A stretch of 45,551 nucleotides of DNA, from the NCBI RefSeq assembly GCF_001194135.2, contig NC_068981.1:29901233-29946783 (forward strand), given 5' to 3'. This document shows positions 23,189 to 35,093 of the stretch, piece by piece. Made by a program: the position numbers and the translations under genes. The notes under the pieces are model-generated. The model searched no databases. It saw only the letters and a list, made by a program, of their open reading frames with translations, and had not been told where the DNA came from. Origin of the DNA: Octopus bimaculoides (lineage: Eukaryota). Position 1 is the first letter of the stretch; each line of letters starts with the position of its first letter.

Positions 23189-23444
23189 CATACATACATG
23201 CAAGCATGCACGCATACATACAAATTCCATTCACAAGGTTACATTAGAAGATATTTGCTTGATAATGTCATGCTGTGGGATCGAACCCAAAATCATGTTG
23301 TAGCGAAGAAAACTTCTTAATTATACAATCATTCCTGTCCCTAAGTGTGTGAGGGAAAGTGAGAGGGGGTGATGCAGAGGGAGAGAGAAAGAAAGAGAGA
23401 GAGACAGAGAGACGGAGGGAGAGACAAAGAGAGAGAGAGAGATG

Positions 23445-23496
<52 letters not shown>

Positions 23497-23520
23497 CAGC
23501 AGCAAAAGCAGCGGCGGCAG
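22468..23520. repeat. Microsatellites (ACT)n, (TG)n, (TACA)n, (GA)n, (GTA)n(GCA/GCG)n
   Basis: Directly visible at about 22468-22530, 22871-22915, 23130-23200, 23375-23430 and 23444-23520. Confidence 0.9.
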
Positions 23521-23559
23521 CGATGGTTGTCGCCGTCGCAATGGTATTCATGTTGTTAG

Positions 23560-23635
23560 AAGAAGAATCCGATATGGGAACAGGTGCCAGTGCTTGGCAG
23601 AGAGAAAAGGAATATTTGAAGTCGGTCTATTTACG
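23560..23635 (+). CDS. Candidate exon (EESDMGTGASAWQREKEYLKSVYLR)
   Basis: ttgttag| acceptor, CG|gtaaat donor, open frame with an MGTGAS (myristoylation-like) start at 23574. Confidence 0.3.
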
Positions 23636-23982
23636 GTAAATTAAGATGGCTTTCTGAGAAAGAAAAAAAAGAAAACAAACGTGAATCCGGCTCATGTTCT
23701 ATACCCAGAAGACTTTTTCAAGACCATAGATAACCAGATGGTATATGAAAATCAATTGAAGGCCAGAAAACAGCCAAGAGAATGGAGATAGTCGAGGCTG
23801 CAGTTAAAAAATCTATCATTTAATGAAAAAACAAATCTAGAACCAGGTCTTCGTAATCATTTTGTGGAGGTTGAAATATATCTTCCCCGGGATAGAAAGC
23901 TACTCACTCGCAGGTAATTTTTCTAGAAAGTGCTAGTACATTCTTTTAGGCAACTCTGCGAACCTGGAGGTAATACTGCTTT

Positions 23983-24191
23983 CAAATTTTGGCACAAGGC
24001 CAGTAATTTCGTGGAAGGGATCAAGTCGATTACATTGACCCCGATGTGCAGCTGGTACTTATTTTATCCACCTCGTAAGGAGAGAAGGCAAAATCAATCT
24101 CGACAGAATTTGAACTCAGAACATAAAGACAGACGAAATACGGCTAAGCGTTTCGTCCGGCGTGCTAACGTTCCTGCCAGTTCGCCGCCTT
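23983..24191 (-). mobile_element. SINE family 2 (tail subtype ttcaaattttggcacaagg)
   Basis: tgaactcagaacataaagacagacgaaatacggctaagcgtttcgtccggcgtgctaacgttcctgccagttcgccgcctt. Confidence 0.8.
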
Positions 24192-24209
24192 GAACCCGAC
24201 GTTCATATT

Positions 24210-24423
24210 CTTTTCTACACTAGGCACAAGGCCCGAAATTGTTGAGTAGGGGCCCAGTCGATTATATCCACCCCAGTACGCAAGTGGTACTTAATTTATC
24301 GACCCCAAAAGGATGAAAGACAAAGTTGACCTCGGCGGAATTTAAACTCAGAACATAAAGACAGACGAAATACCGCTAAGCGTTTCGCCCTGCGTGCTAA
24401 CGATTCTGCCACCTCGCTGCCTT
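24210..24423 (-). mobile_element. SINE family 2 (tail subtype cttttctacactaggcacaagg) with an 18-bp TSD
   Basis: Full head and core; TSD gaacccgacgttcatatt (24192-24209) / gaatccgacgttcatatt (24424-24441). Confidence 0.85.
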
Positions 24424-24819
24424 GAATCCGACGTTCATATTGAAACATCTCTTCTACCTATCATTGACAAAAACTCAAGAGCCCGAACTAAACTGTGACT
24501 ATTCAATGAACCCCAAGCATTCAGAGCAGTAGGTACTAGTTGAAAGATTTGACAGAGCTCGAACTCACTCCCTCGAATTGGACCCGTCATCTGTGAGATT
24601 TCAAAAGGTTGGTAATTTAGTCCAAAGTGAGCTCTGAAGACGACGCAAGCCAACGATTAAAACCATTCCAGCCGTGACCACCCCGTCCATATTTCCGGCA
24701 GTGCATGCTTTCTTTTGTGTGCGTATTTGTATATTTATGCATATGTCTAAGCGCAGGCGTAGATGTGTGGTTAAAAGTTTGCTCCCAATCACATAGCTCC
24801 GAGTTCAGGAGGGTGTCAA

Positions 24820-24960
24820 CTGCTACTTATTTTATCGACCTCCGAAAGGATGAAAGGCAAAGTCGTCCTCGGTGGAATTTGAACTCAGAACGTGAAGAGT
24901 AACCAAATACCGCGAAGCATTCTGCCCGGCATGCTGATGATTCTGCTAGCTGGACGCCTT
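24820..24960 (-). mobile_element. SINE family 2, lacking the tail
   Basis: tacttattttatcgacctccgaaaggatgaaaggcaaagtcg...gaatttgaactcagaacg. Confidence 0.78.
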
Positions 24961-25137
24961 TGCACAGAAAGAAGTATTACCCGGAAATACACAAGCACAC
25001 ACCAAGCGTGTATACACAAAGTCATACATATATGTAAATGTATGTATATACGTGCCCCAATGCAAAATCTCAGTTACTTGGGTGCAAAACTGTAGCCTAC
25101 AACTTCGAATATACAGACTTGTATTCTTTTTTTTTAT

Positions 25138-25412
25138 GGAGGCGCAATGGTCCAGTGGTTAGGGCAGCGGACTCGCGGTTTCGATTCCCAGACCGGGCGT
25201 TGTGAGTGTTTATTGAGCAAAAACACCTAAGCTCCACGAGGCTCCGACAGGGGGTGGTGGTGACCCCTGTTGTACTCTTTCGCCCTAACTTTCTCTCACT
25301 GTTTCTTCTTGTTTCTTGAGTAACACTGCGATGGACTGGCGTCCCATCCGGCTGGGAGGAACACATACGCCATAGAAACCAGGAAACCGGGCCCATGAGC
25401 CTGGCTAGGCTT
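25138..25412 (+). mobile_element. tRNA-derived SINE family 3, full length
   Basis: A box ggcgcaatggtccagtggttaggg, B box ggtttcgattccc, then ttgagcaaaaacacctaagctcc and a 3' block ctgcgatggactggcgtcccatcc...gggcccatgagcctggctaggc. Confidence 0.75.
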
Positions 25413-25524
25413 TGAAAGGGCGACGTTTATCGTTATTTCTTTTTATAATGTATGTATATATGCATGTACGTACGAACTTGCGTATGCATGTATGTATGTA
25501 TGTATGTATGTATGTATACACATA

Positions 25525-25761
25525 CACGGTGGCCCAAAAGTAGGTTTACTATTATTCGACTATCTCTTTCGCATTCATATTGTTAACAGTTTAGATCTTA
25601 ATTATAAAAAACATATGAAATCATTATTCTATGCTAATTTAGTTAATTTTTGTCAAGCTCCCTTTCAGTTTGTAAGATACAAATTTAAATATAATAAAAT
25701 GTTTTAAAAGAACTTTTGAGTGCCTACGTGATAACTCTAAACCTACTTTTCGGCCGCCCTG
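25525..25761. mobile_element. Tc1/mariner-type MITE
   Basis: TIRs cacggtggcccaaaagtaggttt / aaacctacttttcggccgccctg, TA at 25523-24 and 25762-63, AT-rich interior. Confidence 0.8.
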
Positions 25762-26629
25762 TACGTATCAATCAATATATATAATGCACAAAACTGGATA
25801 TCAATATACATTTGAATATCAGTACACAGGAACGGATATCGACAGGTGACTATAGATTATCGTTGACACTTAGCTATCAACAGAAACTTATATAAAATTC
25901 CGAATGACAATACTCACCTCCTCAAGTAGGGGGCTCTATCGGAATGATGGATTGATAGATGCTCACATGGTGATGAAGTGAGAAAGAGACGGTTCGCTGA
26001 ACGGATTAGTGGTTAGATGATAGATATAGGAGGATGGTTGGATGAGAAATTGGTTGATGCATGAATGGGCTGGGACGGAAATATAGATGGATGAATGGTG
26101 ATAGACACAGATAGATATATATCTTCTAAAGACGTATTATTGTATTAACATATGGATTTTATGATGAGATTATGACGAGAAAAGAAAGAAACGAATTTGT
26201 TACAATACTGGACCAATGTATAAATTGATGGATGATCATTGATAGCTAGATGCCTGGATGAGGGCATAGCTGAATGGACATATGGATAAATGGATGAGTA
26301 GGTGGATAGAGGGATATGTAGATGGATGGGTAATGGATTATTAGGAGGGGGTGAATACATGAATAAATAAAATATTTAGATGTATTTAAGGATAAATGGA
26401 TCACGAATGAGGGATGAACTGGATTAATCGTTTCAAGAATAAATAAGCGGAGAGACTGATTATTATTGAAGAGAAATAAATACAATAGAGAAACAATTGG
26501 AAATAAGGATGTGTGTGTATGTGTGTAAGTGTGTGTGTAAGTGTGTGTGTGTTGTGCGCGTGTGTAAACCTGCACGTATAAGCATATACCCATATATATA
26601 TTCTCTTTTATTTATTTTTTTTATTTTTT

Positions 26630-26850
26630 CTCTTGCATGCTCCAGTCATTGAACTGCAGGCATGCTGGGACACCGCCTTGAAGAACTTTCAGTCGAACAA
26701 ATCATCACCATTACTTTATTTTCTTTTTTTAAACCTCGTACTTATTTTATCAAAACACTTTCGTCGACCCGCTAAGTTACAGGGACGTAAACAAACCAAC
26801 ACTGGATGTCAAGCGGCGGTAGGGGACAAACTCAGACACAAAGACACAAA

Positions 26851-26900
<50 letters not shown>
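26630..26900 (-). mobile_element. SINE family 1 tail plus (CA)n
   Basis: catgctgggacaccgcctt...cgctaagttacagggacgtaaacaaacc...tgtcaagcg. Confidence 0.72.
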
Positions 26901-26908
<8 letters not shown>

Positions 26909-27422
26909 GGCACAGATCGGAAGGCACAGCCACTGCAGTTGGCTGTAGTGGTTGTACCTGCTGACCTGCTTCCTTCAGGTTTCATTGAACCTAGTCATGC
27001 CTTAAATAAAATCGAACAAACGAATGTATTACCCGCCCTTGACATCTGCAGACTGAATAACAAAATAAGTCCAACATCACCACACACACCTCCAGCCCCA
27101 TATAACTACCATTCATTCCTCTCTTTACAGCACCTTCCTCTCCTCCCCACCAAATACACACAGAAATACCTACGAAACTCAATCAACCTTCTCACTAGTC
27201 AAGGGGGGGGGGATAAAACAACCCTCAGTTAAACATCCATTAATGTTATAACGCCTGAAGAAAGGAATCCATGAAGATGATCTACCCGATGGTCACCGAT
27301 ACTACGGACTACACTGTAATCATCCCATAAATTCGGACTGTCATCTTAAGAGACATGTGATTTGTGGAAACGCGTGTGGCGATGCATTAGAATTCCATCC
27401 AAGGATTATTGTTATTATTGTC

Positions 27423-27454
<32 letters not shown>

Positions 27455-28157
27455 ATATATATAGGTGAGAAAGTTGGTATGTGAAAGCACGTGGTTGGAT
27501 GTATAAAAGATAAACAAGAGTGAAAAAACTACAGAAGGCTTATGTTATATGGTTAAAGTATATATTTAAATCGTTATGTTAAAAAAATGTTATAAAATTT
27601 TGAGTATAGAAACATTGTATTTGGAGAAATAACCGGTTTCGTGTTTTCTTTTCAAATTTCTCTACCTGTATCGTAACATGTCTTCGATCCCGCTTTACTT
27701 TTTCTCCTTCTAGCTTTTCTGAGCCAGATTAAACGAAACCATTGTTTCTTTTTAAGAGAGAAAATGGTTAAGCAATTCTGGTCATTTCGAACAGCCCATA
27801 TATTTCTCAATAGAATTCCACACCAATAATATCATAATACATTATAATCCACATGCTCTATGCCCTTCTTTCACTCCTTATTAATTATATTTCTCCCAAT
27901 CTCAATCACCGCCACCAATTATGCTTACGTGACCAATCGCAATTAGTGCATTATTTACCGCACGCCGTCTCTGTCTTTCACGCCATTCGAGGTAAGATAT
28001 GATAACTTGTCTCATCTCGATCAGGACTAACCGTTAGCTAAACAATTACAATAACAAGATATTACCTTTTGAAGTACCCATGTGGTTTTCTGTTGAGGAT
28101 TTTCCTCTTTTCTTTCCTCTCTTTCTCTGTTTCTCTAGCCACTGAGCCATGCGCCTT

Positions 28158-28232
<75 letters not shown>

Positions 28233-28804
28233 TTACACAGATATATCTACATATATTTACAGGTATATAGATATATGTAAATGTATGTACATGTATATGT
28301 ATGTATGTATGTATGTATATACACGTATGCTGGTATCTATGGTTTATGCGTGTGATCTTTCAGACAATATTGTGAATAAATATAGAATATGGCATAATAT
28401 GTTATATTTATGAGTAATTTAAAAGATTATTGTCATTGCTTTAGGCTGGTCACGTGATCGAATATGTTACAGCTTTACGGTCTTGTTTTTGTGTTACGGT
28501 TTTCTATGAGATTGATGAAAATAATTCTGCATAAGGTTATTGCCATTCTCAACGACATTTATTCTGCTGGGATAGTCGCAACTGGCTAAAACGTTTTTAT
28601 GAATTGTGATTCCCGAGTGGCCGTATATTTTCTGATTACTGGTTTCCAACAATACTTCTAATCCCTGGTTAAGAGATCTTGAAGGTTATTTCAAAAATAT
28701 TGATTGTTTTCCAATAAATATAAATTTTCCATGTAGAGAATACGTGTTATATTTATCTTTGTTTATATAAAAACGTGTATTTGTATGTCAGAAAAAATCA
28801 AAAG

Positions 28805-29022
28805 GCCTTTCCGAGCTATAGGCTCATAAGGCTGGTTTACGGGATACTGTTTCGTATATATTCTTCCTCTAGATAGGATGCTTGTCTGTCGCAGAATTGC
28901 TCATTTTTCTAGCTGAGTGAACTGGAGCAACATGAAATAAAGTGTATTGCTCAAGAACACCAGTCCAGGAATCGAAGCCACAATTTTACGATCATGAGTC
29001 CGTCATCCCAACCACTAAGCCA
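28805..29022 (-). mobile_element. tRNA-derived SINE related to 17075-17350
   Basis: ctggagcaacatgaaataaagtgtattgctcaagaacac...ggaatcgaagcc...caaccactaagccacg. Confidence 0.7.
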
Positions 29023-29044
29023 CGCACCTCTACATATATGTATC

Positions 29045-29608
29045 TCTTTATTTTTACTTGTTTCAGTCATTTGACTGTAGCCATGCTGGAGCACCACCTT
29101 TAGTCGAGTAAATCGACCCCAGGACTTATTCTTTGTAAGCCTGGTACTTATTCTATCGTTCCCTTTTGCCGAACCGCTAAGTTACGGGGACGTAAACACA
29201 CCATCATCGGTTGTCAAGCGATGTTGGGAGACAAACGCAGACACACAAACACATACACACACACNNNNNNNNNNNNNNNNNNNNNNNNNNNNNNNNNNNN
29301 NNNNNNNNNNNNNNNNNNNNNNNNNNNNNNNNNNNNNNNNNNNNNNNNNNNNNNNNNNNNNNNNNNNNNNNNNNNNNNNNNNNNNNNNNNNNNNNNNNNN
29401 NNNNNNNNNNNNNNNNNNNNNNNNNNNNNNNNNNNNNNNNNNNNNNNNNNNNNNNNNNNNNNNNNNNNNNNNNNNNNNNNNNNNNNNNNNNNNNNNNNNN
29501 NNNNNNNNNNAGTAGAAGACACTTGCCCAAGATGCCACGAAGCAGGACTGAACCCGGAACCATGTGGCTGGTAAGCAAGCAACTTACCACACAGCCACTC
29601 CTACGCCT
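29045..29608 (-). mobile_element. CORE-like SINE family 1 spanning an assembly gap
   Basis: Tail (ttgtttcagtcatttgactg...) at 29045-29230 and head (agaagacacttgcccaag...cttaccacacagccactcct) at 29511-29608; the gap falls in the internal (CA)n. Confidence 0.82.
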
Positions 29609-30308
29609 ATGTATGTATGTATGTATGTATGTATGTACTATGTATGCCTGCATGCAAGACGATTTCAGATCTGAAGATCTATATGGCAGCACATAAAGAT
29701 CATATACCACAGAATGACTCGATTAATCCAGCGGAAGTTACAACCTTCGTCTGTCAACCTGTACTTCAAACTACGCAAGCCTGAGAGGCCACGGACGGAG
29801 AGTCAGAAATGCAATTGACAACGAACGAGGAAGCACAGAGAAGTAGCAGTCATCTATAAAGATGGAGTAATACAACGAGGATAACCACACATTGCAGCCA
29901 ACTGCTATTCCACATTTAATCATTGTTTAAAAGACAATTAATTTATTAGCTTACTGAAATATATCTTTATGCATCTAAGTGGGGGGTTGACGGGGCGAGT
30001 GCAGGAAGCGAGGTAGTTTTATATTTATTTATTAGTACCTGTTAAGCTCGGCTTTATCTTCTTTAGCGCCTGTGAGTCGGTATCAGTGTTTGAAACCCTA
30101 TCAGAGCGCTTATTTACTGCTCTCTCGCCTGACTATAATGTTTGGTGCGGAATTAATCTAATGACACAAAGGAAGCAAAGGATAGTTTGGTGTCAATGGG
30201 GAAACGGAGAGAGAAAAAGAGAGACAGAGAGGAAGAGACGGAGTGACAGAGAGAGAGAGAGAGAGAAATATGAGCGGAAGGTAACAGATACACAGACGGA
30301 TCGTTAGA

Positions 30309-30345
<37 letters not shown>

Positions 30346-31339
30346 NNNNNNNNNNNNNNNNNNNNNNNNNNNNNNNNNNNNNNNNNNNNNNNNNNNNNNN
30401 NNNNNNNNNNNNNNNNNNNNNNNNNNNNNNNNNNNNNNNNNNNNNNNNNNNNNNNNNNNNNNNNNNNNNNNNNNNNNNNNNNNNNNNNNNNNNNNNNNNN
30501 NNNNNNNNNNNNNNNNNNNNNNNNNNNNNNNNNNNNNNNNNNNNNNNNNNNNNNNNNNNNNNNNNNNNNNNNNNNNNNNNNNNNNNNNNNNNNNNNNNNN
30601 NNNNNNNNNNNNNNNNNNNNNNNNNNNNNNNNNNNNNNNNNNNNNNNNNNNNNNNNNNNNNNNNNNNNNNNNNNNNNNNNNNNNNNNNNNNNNNNNNNNN
30701 NNNNNNNNNNNNNNNNNNNNNNNNNNNNNNNNNNNNNNNNNNNNNNNNNNNNNNNNNNNNNNNNNNNNNNNNNNNNNNNNNNNNNNNNNNNNNNNNNNNN
30801 NNNNNNNNNNNNNNNNNNNNNNNNNNNNNNNNNNNNNNNNNNNNNNNNNNNNNNNNNNNNNNNNNNNNNNNNNNNNNNNNNNNNNNNNNNNNNNNNNNNN
30901 NNNNNNNNNNNNNNNNNNNNNNNNNNNNNNNNNNNNNNNNNNNNNNNNNNNNNNNNNNNNNNNNNNNNNNNNNNNNNNNNNNNNNNNNNNNNNNNNNNNN
31001 NNNNNNNNNNNNNNNNNNNNNNNNNNNNNNNNNNNNNNNNNNNNNNNNNNNNNNNNNNNNNNNNNNNNNNNNNNNNNNNNNNNNNNNNNNNNNNNNNNNN
31101 NNNNNNNNNNNNNNNNNNNNNNNNNNNNNNNNNNNNNNNNNNNNNNNNNNNNNNNNNNNNNNNNNNNNNNNNNNNNNNNNNNNNNNNNNNNNNNNNNNNN
31201 NNNNNNNNNNNNNNNACGAAATACATGTCATAGATGTTCCTCTTGGCCCATTGTAGCTCAACGCCTCCGAGCCACAAGAGAGCAGAGGGAGAGTTCTAGG
31301 GGACCGAGTCCTGGAAAAGAAGGATAGCGGTTAGAATTA

Positions 31340-31740
31340 CTATGGGTTCTGATGGAATTGGACAAAAAAAAAATGGTAATGGGAAGAGACAGACGAGTGA
31401 GTAAGAAAATGCCTGAGTAGAAGACACATGGACCAAACCAGGCTGCTAGGAGCAGAGGCCGTTATAGCTGCGGAGAAAAGGTAGAGAGAGGAAAGTGTTG
31501 TTCCATGGGAACGAAGGTGGAGTGTGTCTGTGAGTAATATTATGCCAATCTGTTCGGTGGCTCTTTTCTGGACGCAGTCGGATGTAATTGTGTGCGTAGT
31601 AACACAACTGCCGCAGATGTGAGAGCAATAGCACACTCATTGTAGAGCTCACTAGAAATGTTAATAATTGCAGGAGCTCTAACGCGACGAACTAGGAGAA
31701 TCGTTAAAATGTTTGACAAAATATGCACAGTCACAAAGAT
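31340..31740 (-). mobile_element. Probable decayed LINE (CR1/L2/Jockey-like) RT C-terminal fragment
   Basis: Minus-strand SELYNECAIALTSAAVV followed, after a frameshift, by DCVQKRATEQIG, resembling the LY..LVRP.LEY...VW and LE.VQRRATK.I motifs of these LINEs. Confidence 0.45.
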
Positions 31741-31954
31741 ACACGTGCACACAGACACACACACACATAAACATGTACACACACACACATACACACTCAT
31801 ACACACACTCAAACACTCACGGATGCATATTTACGTGCATATATGTATATTTTACACACCCATAAACTTATATATTCAGACGTGTATATATACATATATA
31901 TATATATGTGTGTGTGTGTTTATGCATGTATACGTATATACATGTACATGTATA

Positions 31955-32152
31955 TAGCTGTAAATAATATGTGACAATTATTCGGTAGCCATGTGACAAT
32001 TATTCCGAGTTTCGGATGCCGGGGCGGAAACCCACGCCGCCATCTCTTCAGTTATCTGGCCATTGAAAATTGCTATGAAAAAAAAAATAGGCATCCGAAA
32101 CTCGGAGTTTTATCATGGCTGCCGAATAATTGTCACGTATTATTTACAGATA
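31955..32152. mobile_element. TA-flanked MITE with about 60-bp TIRs
   Basis: ctgtaaataatatgtgacaattattcggtagccatg...tccgagtttcggatgcc is mirrored by ggcatccgaaactcgga...catggctgccgaataattgtcacgtattatttacag; TA at both ends. Confidence 0.78.
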
Positions 32153-32364
32153 AATTCCTCTATTTACATAATACCGAGGTCTCTTTCTTTCTTTTGTTGT
32201 TCTTTCTATCAATATATATATATATATACCTACACACACACACACACACACTCACACACACACACACACACATACACACACANNNNNNNNNNNNNNNNNN
32301 NNNNNNNNNNNNNNNNNNNNNNNNNNNNNNNNNNNNNNNNNNNNNNNNNATATATATATATATA

Positions 32365-32812
32365 AAAACAAATTGTAAATGAGTATATGCATATATACGT
32401 ACAGGTATGTGCATACCGACATCCACCTGTATGTATAGGTGCATATCTGGGTACAGGACATTGCAAACAAAACAGAGACGAGAAAACACACAAGCCACAT
32501 AGAGAACATTCTACTTCATCAGCTACCTCCGTTTTAACACCGGCGTTTCGAAGAGCTAGGCAGGACGCATCGTTAAAACAGCTCTTCCCATGGACCGCAA
32601 ATTAAATTTGTATACACAAATTAAATCTTGCCATGGAGGAATGTTGTGGCTGACAAAAAACAAGACAGGAAAACAAACAGAAAAGGCTTTACGGCCAGAC
32701 GAGAAAAATTGTTTGTGTGTGAACGCTGTGAGGCACGAACTTGAAAGTAGGGACGAAATGGTTCGTGTGTTTGCTCGGCGACAGCCAAGGAAGAAAATAA
32801 ATAAAGATTAGA
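32365..32812 (-). mobile_element. Second non-coding repeat family, copy 3
   Basis: The reverse complement has GAAGAGCT-loop-AGCTCTTC-GAAACGC-20 nt-CTGATGAAG; collinear with 3212-3625. Confidence 0.65.
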
Positions 32813-32884
32813 TCGTTATTTAAAATACCGATCATATCAAGTGGCTATCATGGGAATAAAAACATCATACGTAATAATTATTAT

Positions 32885-33051
32885 TAAAATTATAATAAGG
32901 GTATCTAAAAGATACCAGCATGCTAGATATAGCAGCCAAAACTTGACTCTAAAACCACTTTAAATGTTCATTTAATGTGGTTTTTGAGTCAAGTTTTGGC
33001 TGTTATATCTAGCATGCTGGTATCTTTTCGATACACTTAATTATAATTTTA
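32885..33051. repeat. About 167-bp palindrome (fold-back or MITE)
   Basis: aaaagataccagcatgctagatatagcagccaaaacttgactctaaaaccac / gtggtttttgagtcaagttttggctgttatatctagcatgctggtatctttt around a loop of about 18 nt. Confidence 0.85.
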
Positions 33052-33055
33052 TATA

Positions 33056-33166
33056 TTCTTTTACTCTTTCACTTGTTTCAGTCATTTGACTGCGTCCATG
33101 CTGGAGCACCGCCTTTAGTCGAGCACTAAAGGACTTATTCTTTGTATGCCTAGTACTTATTCTATA
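33056..33166 (-). mobile_element. SINE family 1 tail fragment
   Basis: ttgtttcagtcatttgactgcgtccatgctggagcaccgcctttagtcgagc. Confidence 0.78.
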
Positions 33167-33211
33167 CATATACCTTTGTGTGTGTACATGCACATATATG
33201 TATATATGTAC

Positions 33212-33261
<50 letters not shown>

Positions 33262-33288
33262 ATATATATGCATATACATATATATATA

Positions 33289-33323
<35 letters not shown>

Positions 33324-34906
33324 ACATGCTTGTGTGTTCGTTTATCACTCTATCTTTACGTATAAGTATATATATATACACACACACATATACAAAGTGC
33401 ATACGTACGTAAATATATGCATACGTATGCATGTATACTGTCGTGATTGCATGTCAAGATCTGTATGTATGCATTTATCCAAGCGTGCGTTCGTGCATGT
33501 TCGTGTATGTATGTGCATGCATGTGTACGTATGACCGTGTGCGTTAATAATGTGCAGTGATTCTTTCTAATATCAATTCGTGTGTACGTCAACGTTAGAA
33601 ACTTGCAATTTGTAACACTAGCCTGCTGCTTAGGGTCGTTGTGCGAATGGTAAAGGGGCACGTGTGGGGGTTGATCATTTCAGCTGAAGAGGAAACATAA
33701 ATTACTATGAGATGATATAAGCGCTGAGGTCATAAATCAAGGTTCACCTCTCTTCACTTAAAGATACCAAGATCAAATCCGGCAAGTGAGATAGGTGAGT
33801 TTTTCAACTTATGGTAGGGTATCGGGGAAGTCTAGGGTTTAGCGGGGGTCGGCTGATTCGAGATTACTGAATGTGCTTACTAGGTTTGGGTTGGTTTATG
33901 GGGTTTCCTTTGAGGGTTTGAGGCACTTTGGTGGGGGTGGGTTGTGGAAGGTAAAAACGAAAGATTTAGGTTCGGTGCGTACTTCTTCCACCTCCGGTTT
34001 TATTATTATTTTCATTTATTTATTTATTTATTTATTTATTTNNNNNNNNNNNNNNNNNNNNNNNNNNNNNNNNNNNNNNNNNNNNNNNNNNNNNNNNNNN
34101 NNNNNNNNNNNNNNNNNNNNNNNNNNNNNNNNNNNNNNNNNNNNNNNNNNNNNNNNNNNNNNNNNNNNNNNNNNNNNNNNNNNNNNNNNNNNNNNNNNNN
34201 NNNNNNNNNNNNNNNNNNNNNNNNNNNNNNNNNNNNNNNNNNNNNNNNNNNNNNNNNNNNNNNNNNNNNNNNNNNNNNNNNNNNNNNNNNNNNNNNNNNN
34301 NNNNNNNNNNNNNNNNNNNNNNNNNNNNNNNNNNNNNNNNNNNNNNNNNNNNNNNNNNNNNNNNNNNNNNNNNNNNNNNNNNNNNNNNNNNNNNNNNNNN
34401 NNNNNNNNNNNNNNNNNNNNNNNNNNNNNNNNNNNNNNNNNNNNNNNNNNNNNNNNNNNNNNNNNNNNNNNNNNNNNNNNNNNNNNNNNNNNNNNNNNNN
34501 NNNNNNNNNNNNNNNNNNNNNNNNNNNNNNNNNNNNNNNNNNNNNNNNNNNNNNNNNNNNNNNNNNNNNNNNNNNNNNNNNNNNNNNNNNNNNNNNNNNN
34601 NNNNNNNNNNNNNNNNNNNNNNNNNNNNNNNNNNNNNNNNNNNNNNNNNNNNNNNNNNNNNNNNNNNNNNNNNNNNNNNNNNNNNNNNNNNNNNNNNNNN
34701 NNNNNNNNNNNNNNNNNNNNNNNNNNNNNNNNNNNNNNNNNNNNNNNNNNNNNNNNNNNNNNNNNNNNNNNNNNNNNNNNNNNNNNNNNNNNNNNNNNNN
34801 NNNNNNNNNNNNNNNNNNNNNNNNNNNNNNNNNNNNNNNNNNNNNNNNNNNNNNNNNNNNNNNNNNNNNNNNNNNNNNNNNNNNNNNNNNNNNNNNNNNN
34901 NNNNNN

Positions 34907-34937
34907 ATCACCATCATCATCATCATCATCATCATCG

Positions 34938-34985
<48 letters not shown>

Positions 34986-35044
34986 CCATCATCATCACCA
35001 TCATCATCATCACCATCATCGTCATCATCATCGTCATCACCATC

Positions 35045-35093
<49 letters not shown>

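Noticed and set aside
23600-23800. RTE-like LINE remnant (KLRWL...IPRRLF...KARKQPREW)
   Set aside because: Spacing does not fit without several indels. It is kept only as an alternative explanation for the 23560-23635 exon candidate.
25138-25200. Intact tRNA gene
   Set aside because: It has A and B boxes but no complete cloverleaf and runs into a SINE body.
28066-28160. Minus-strand first exon MAQWLEK...MGTSK|gtaata
   Set aside because: It starts in a tRNA-SINE A-box fragment and a GA-rich tract, so the open frame is uninformative.
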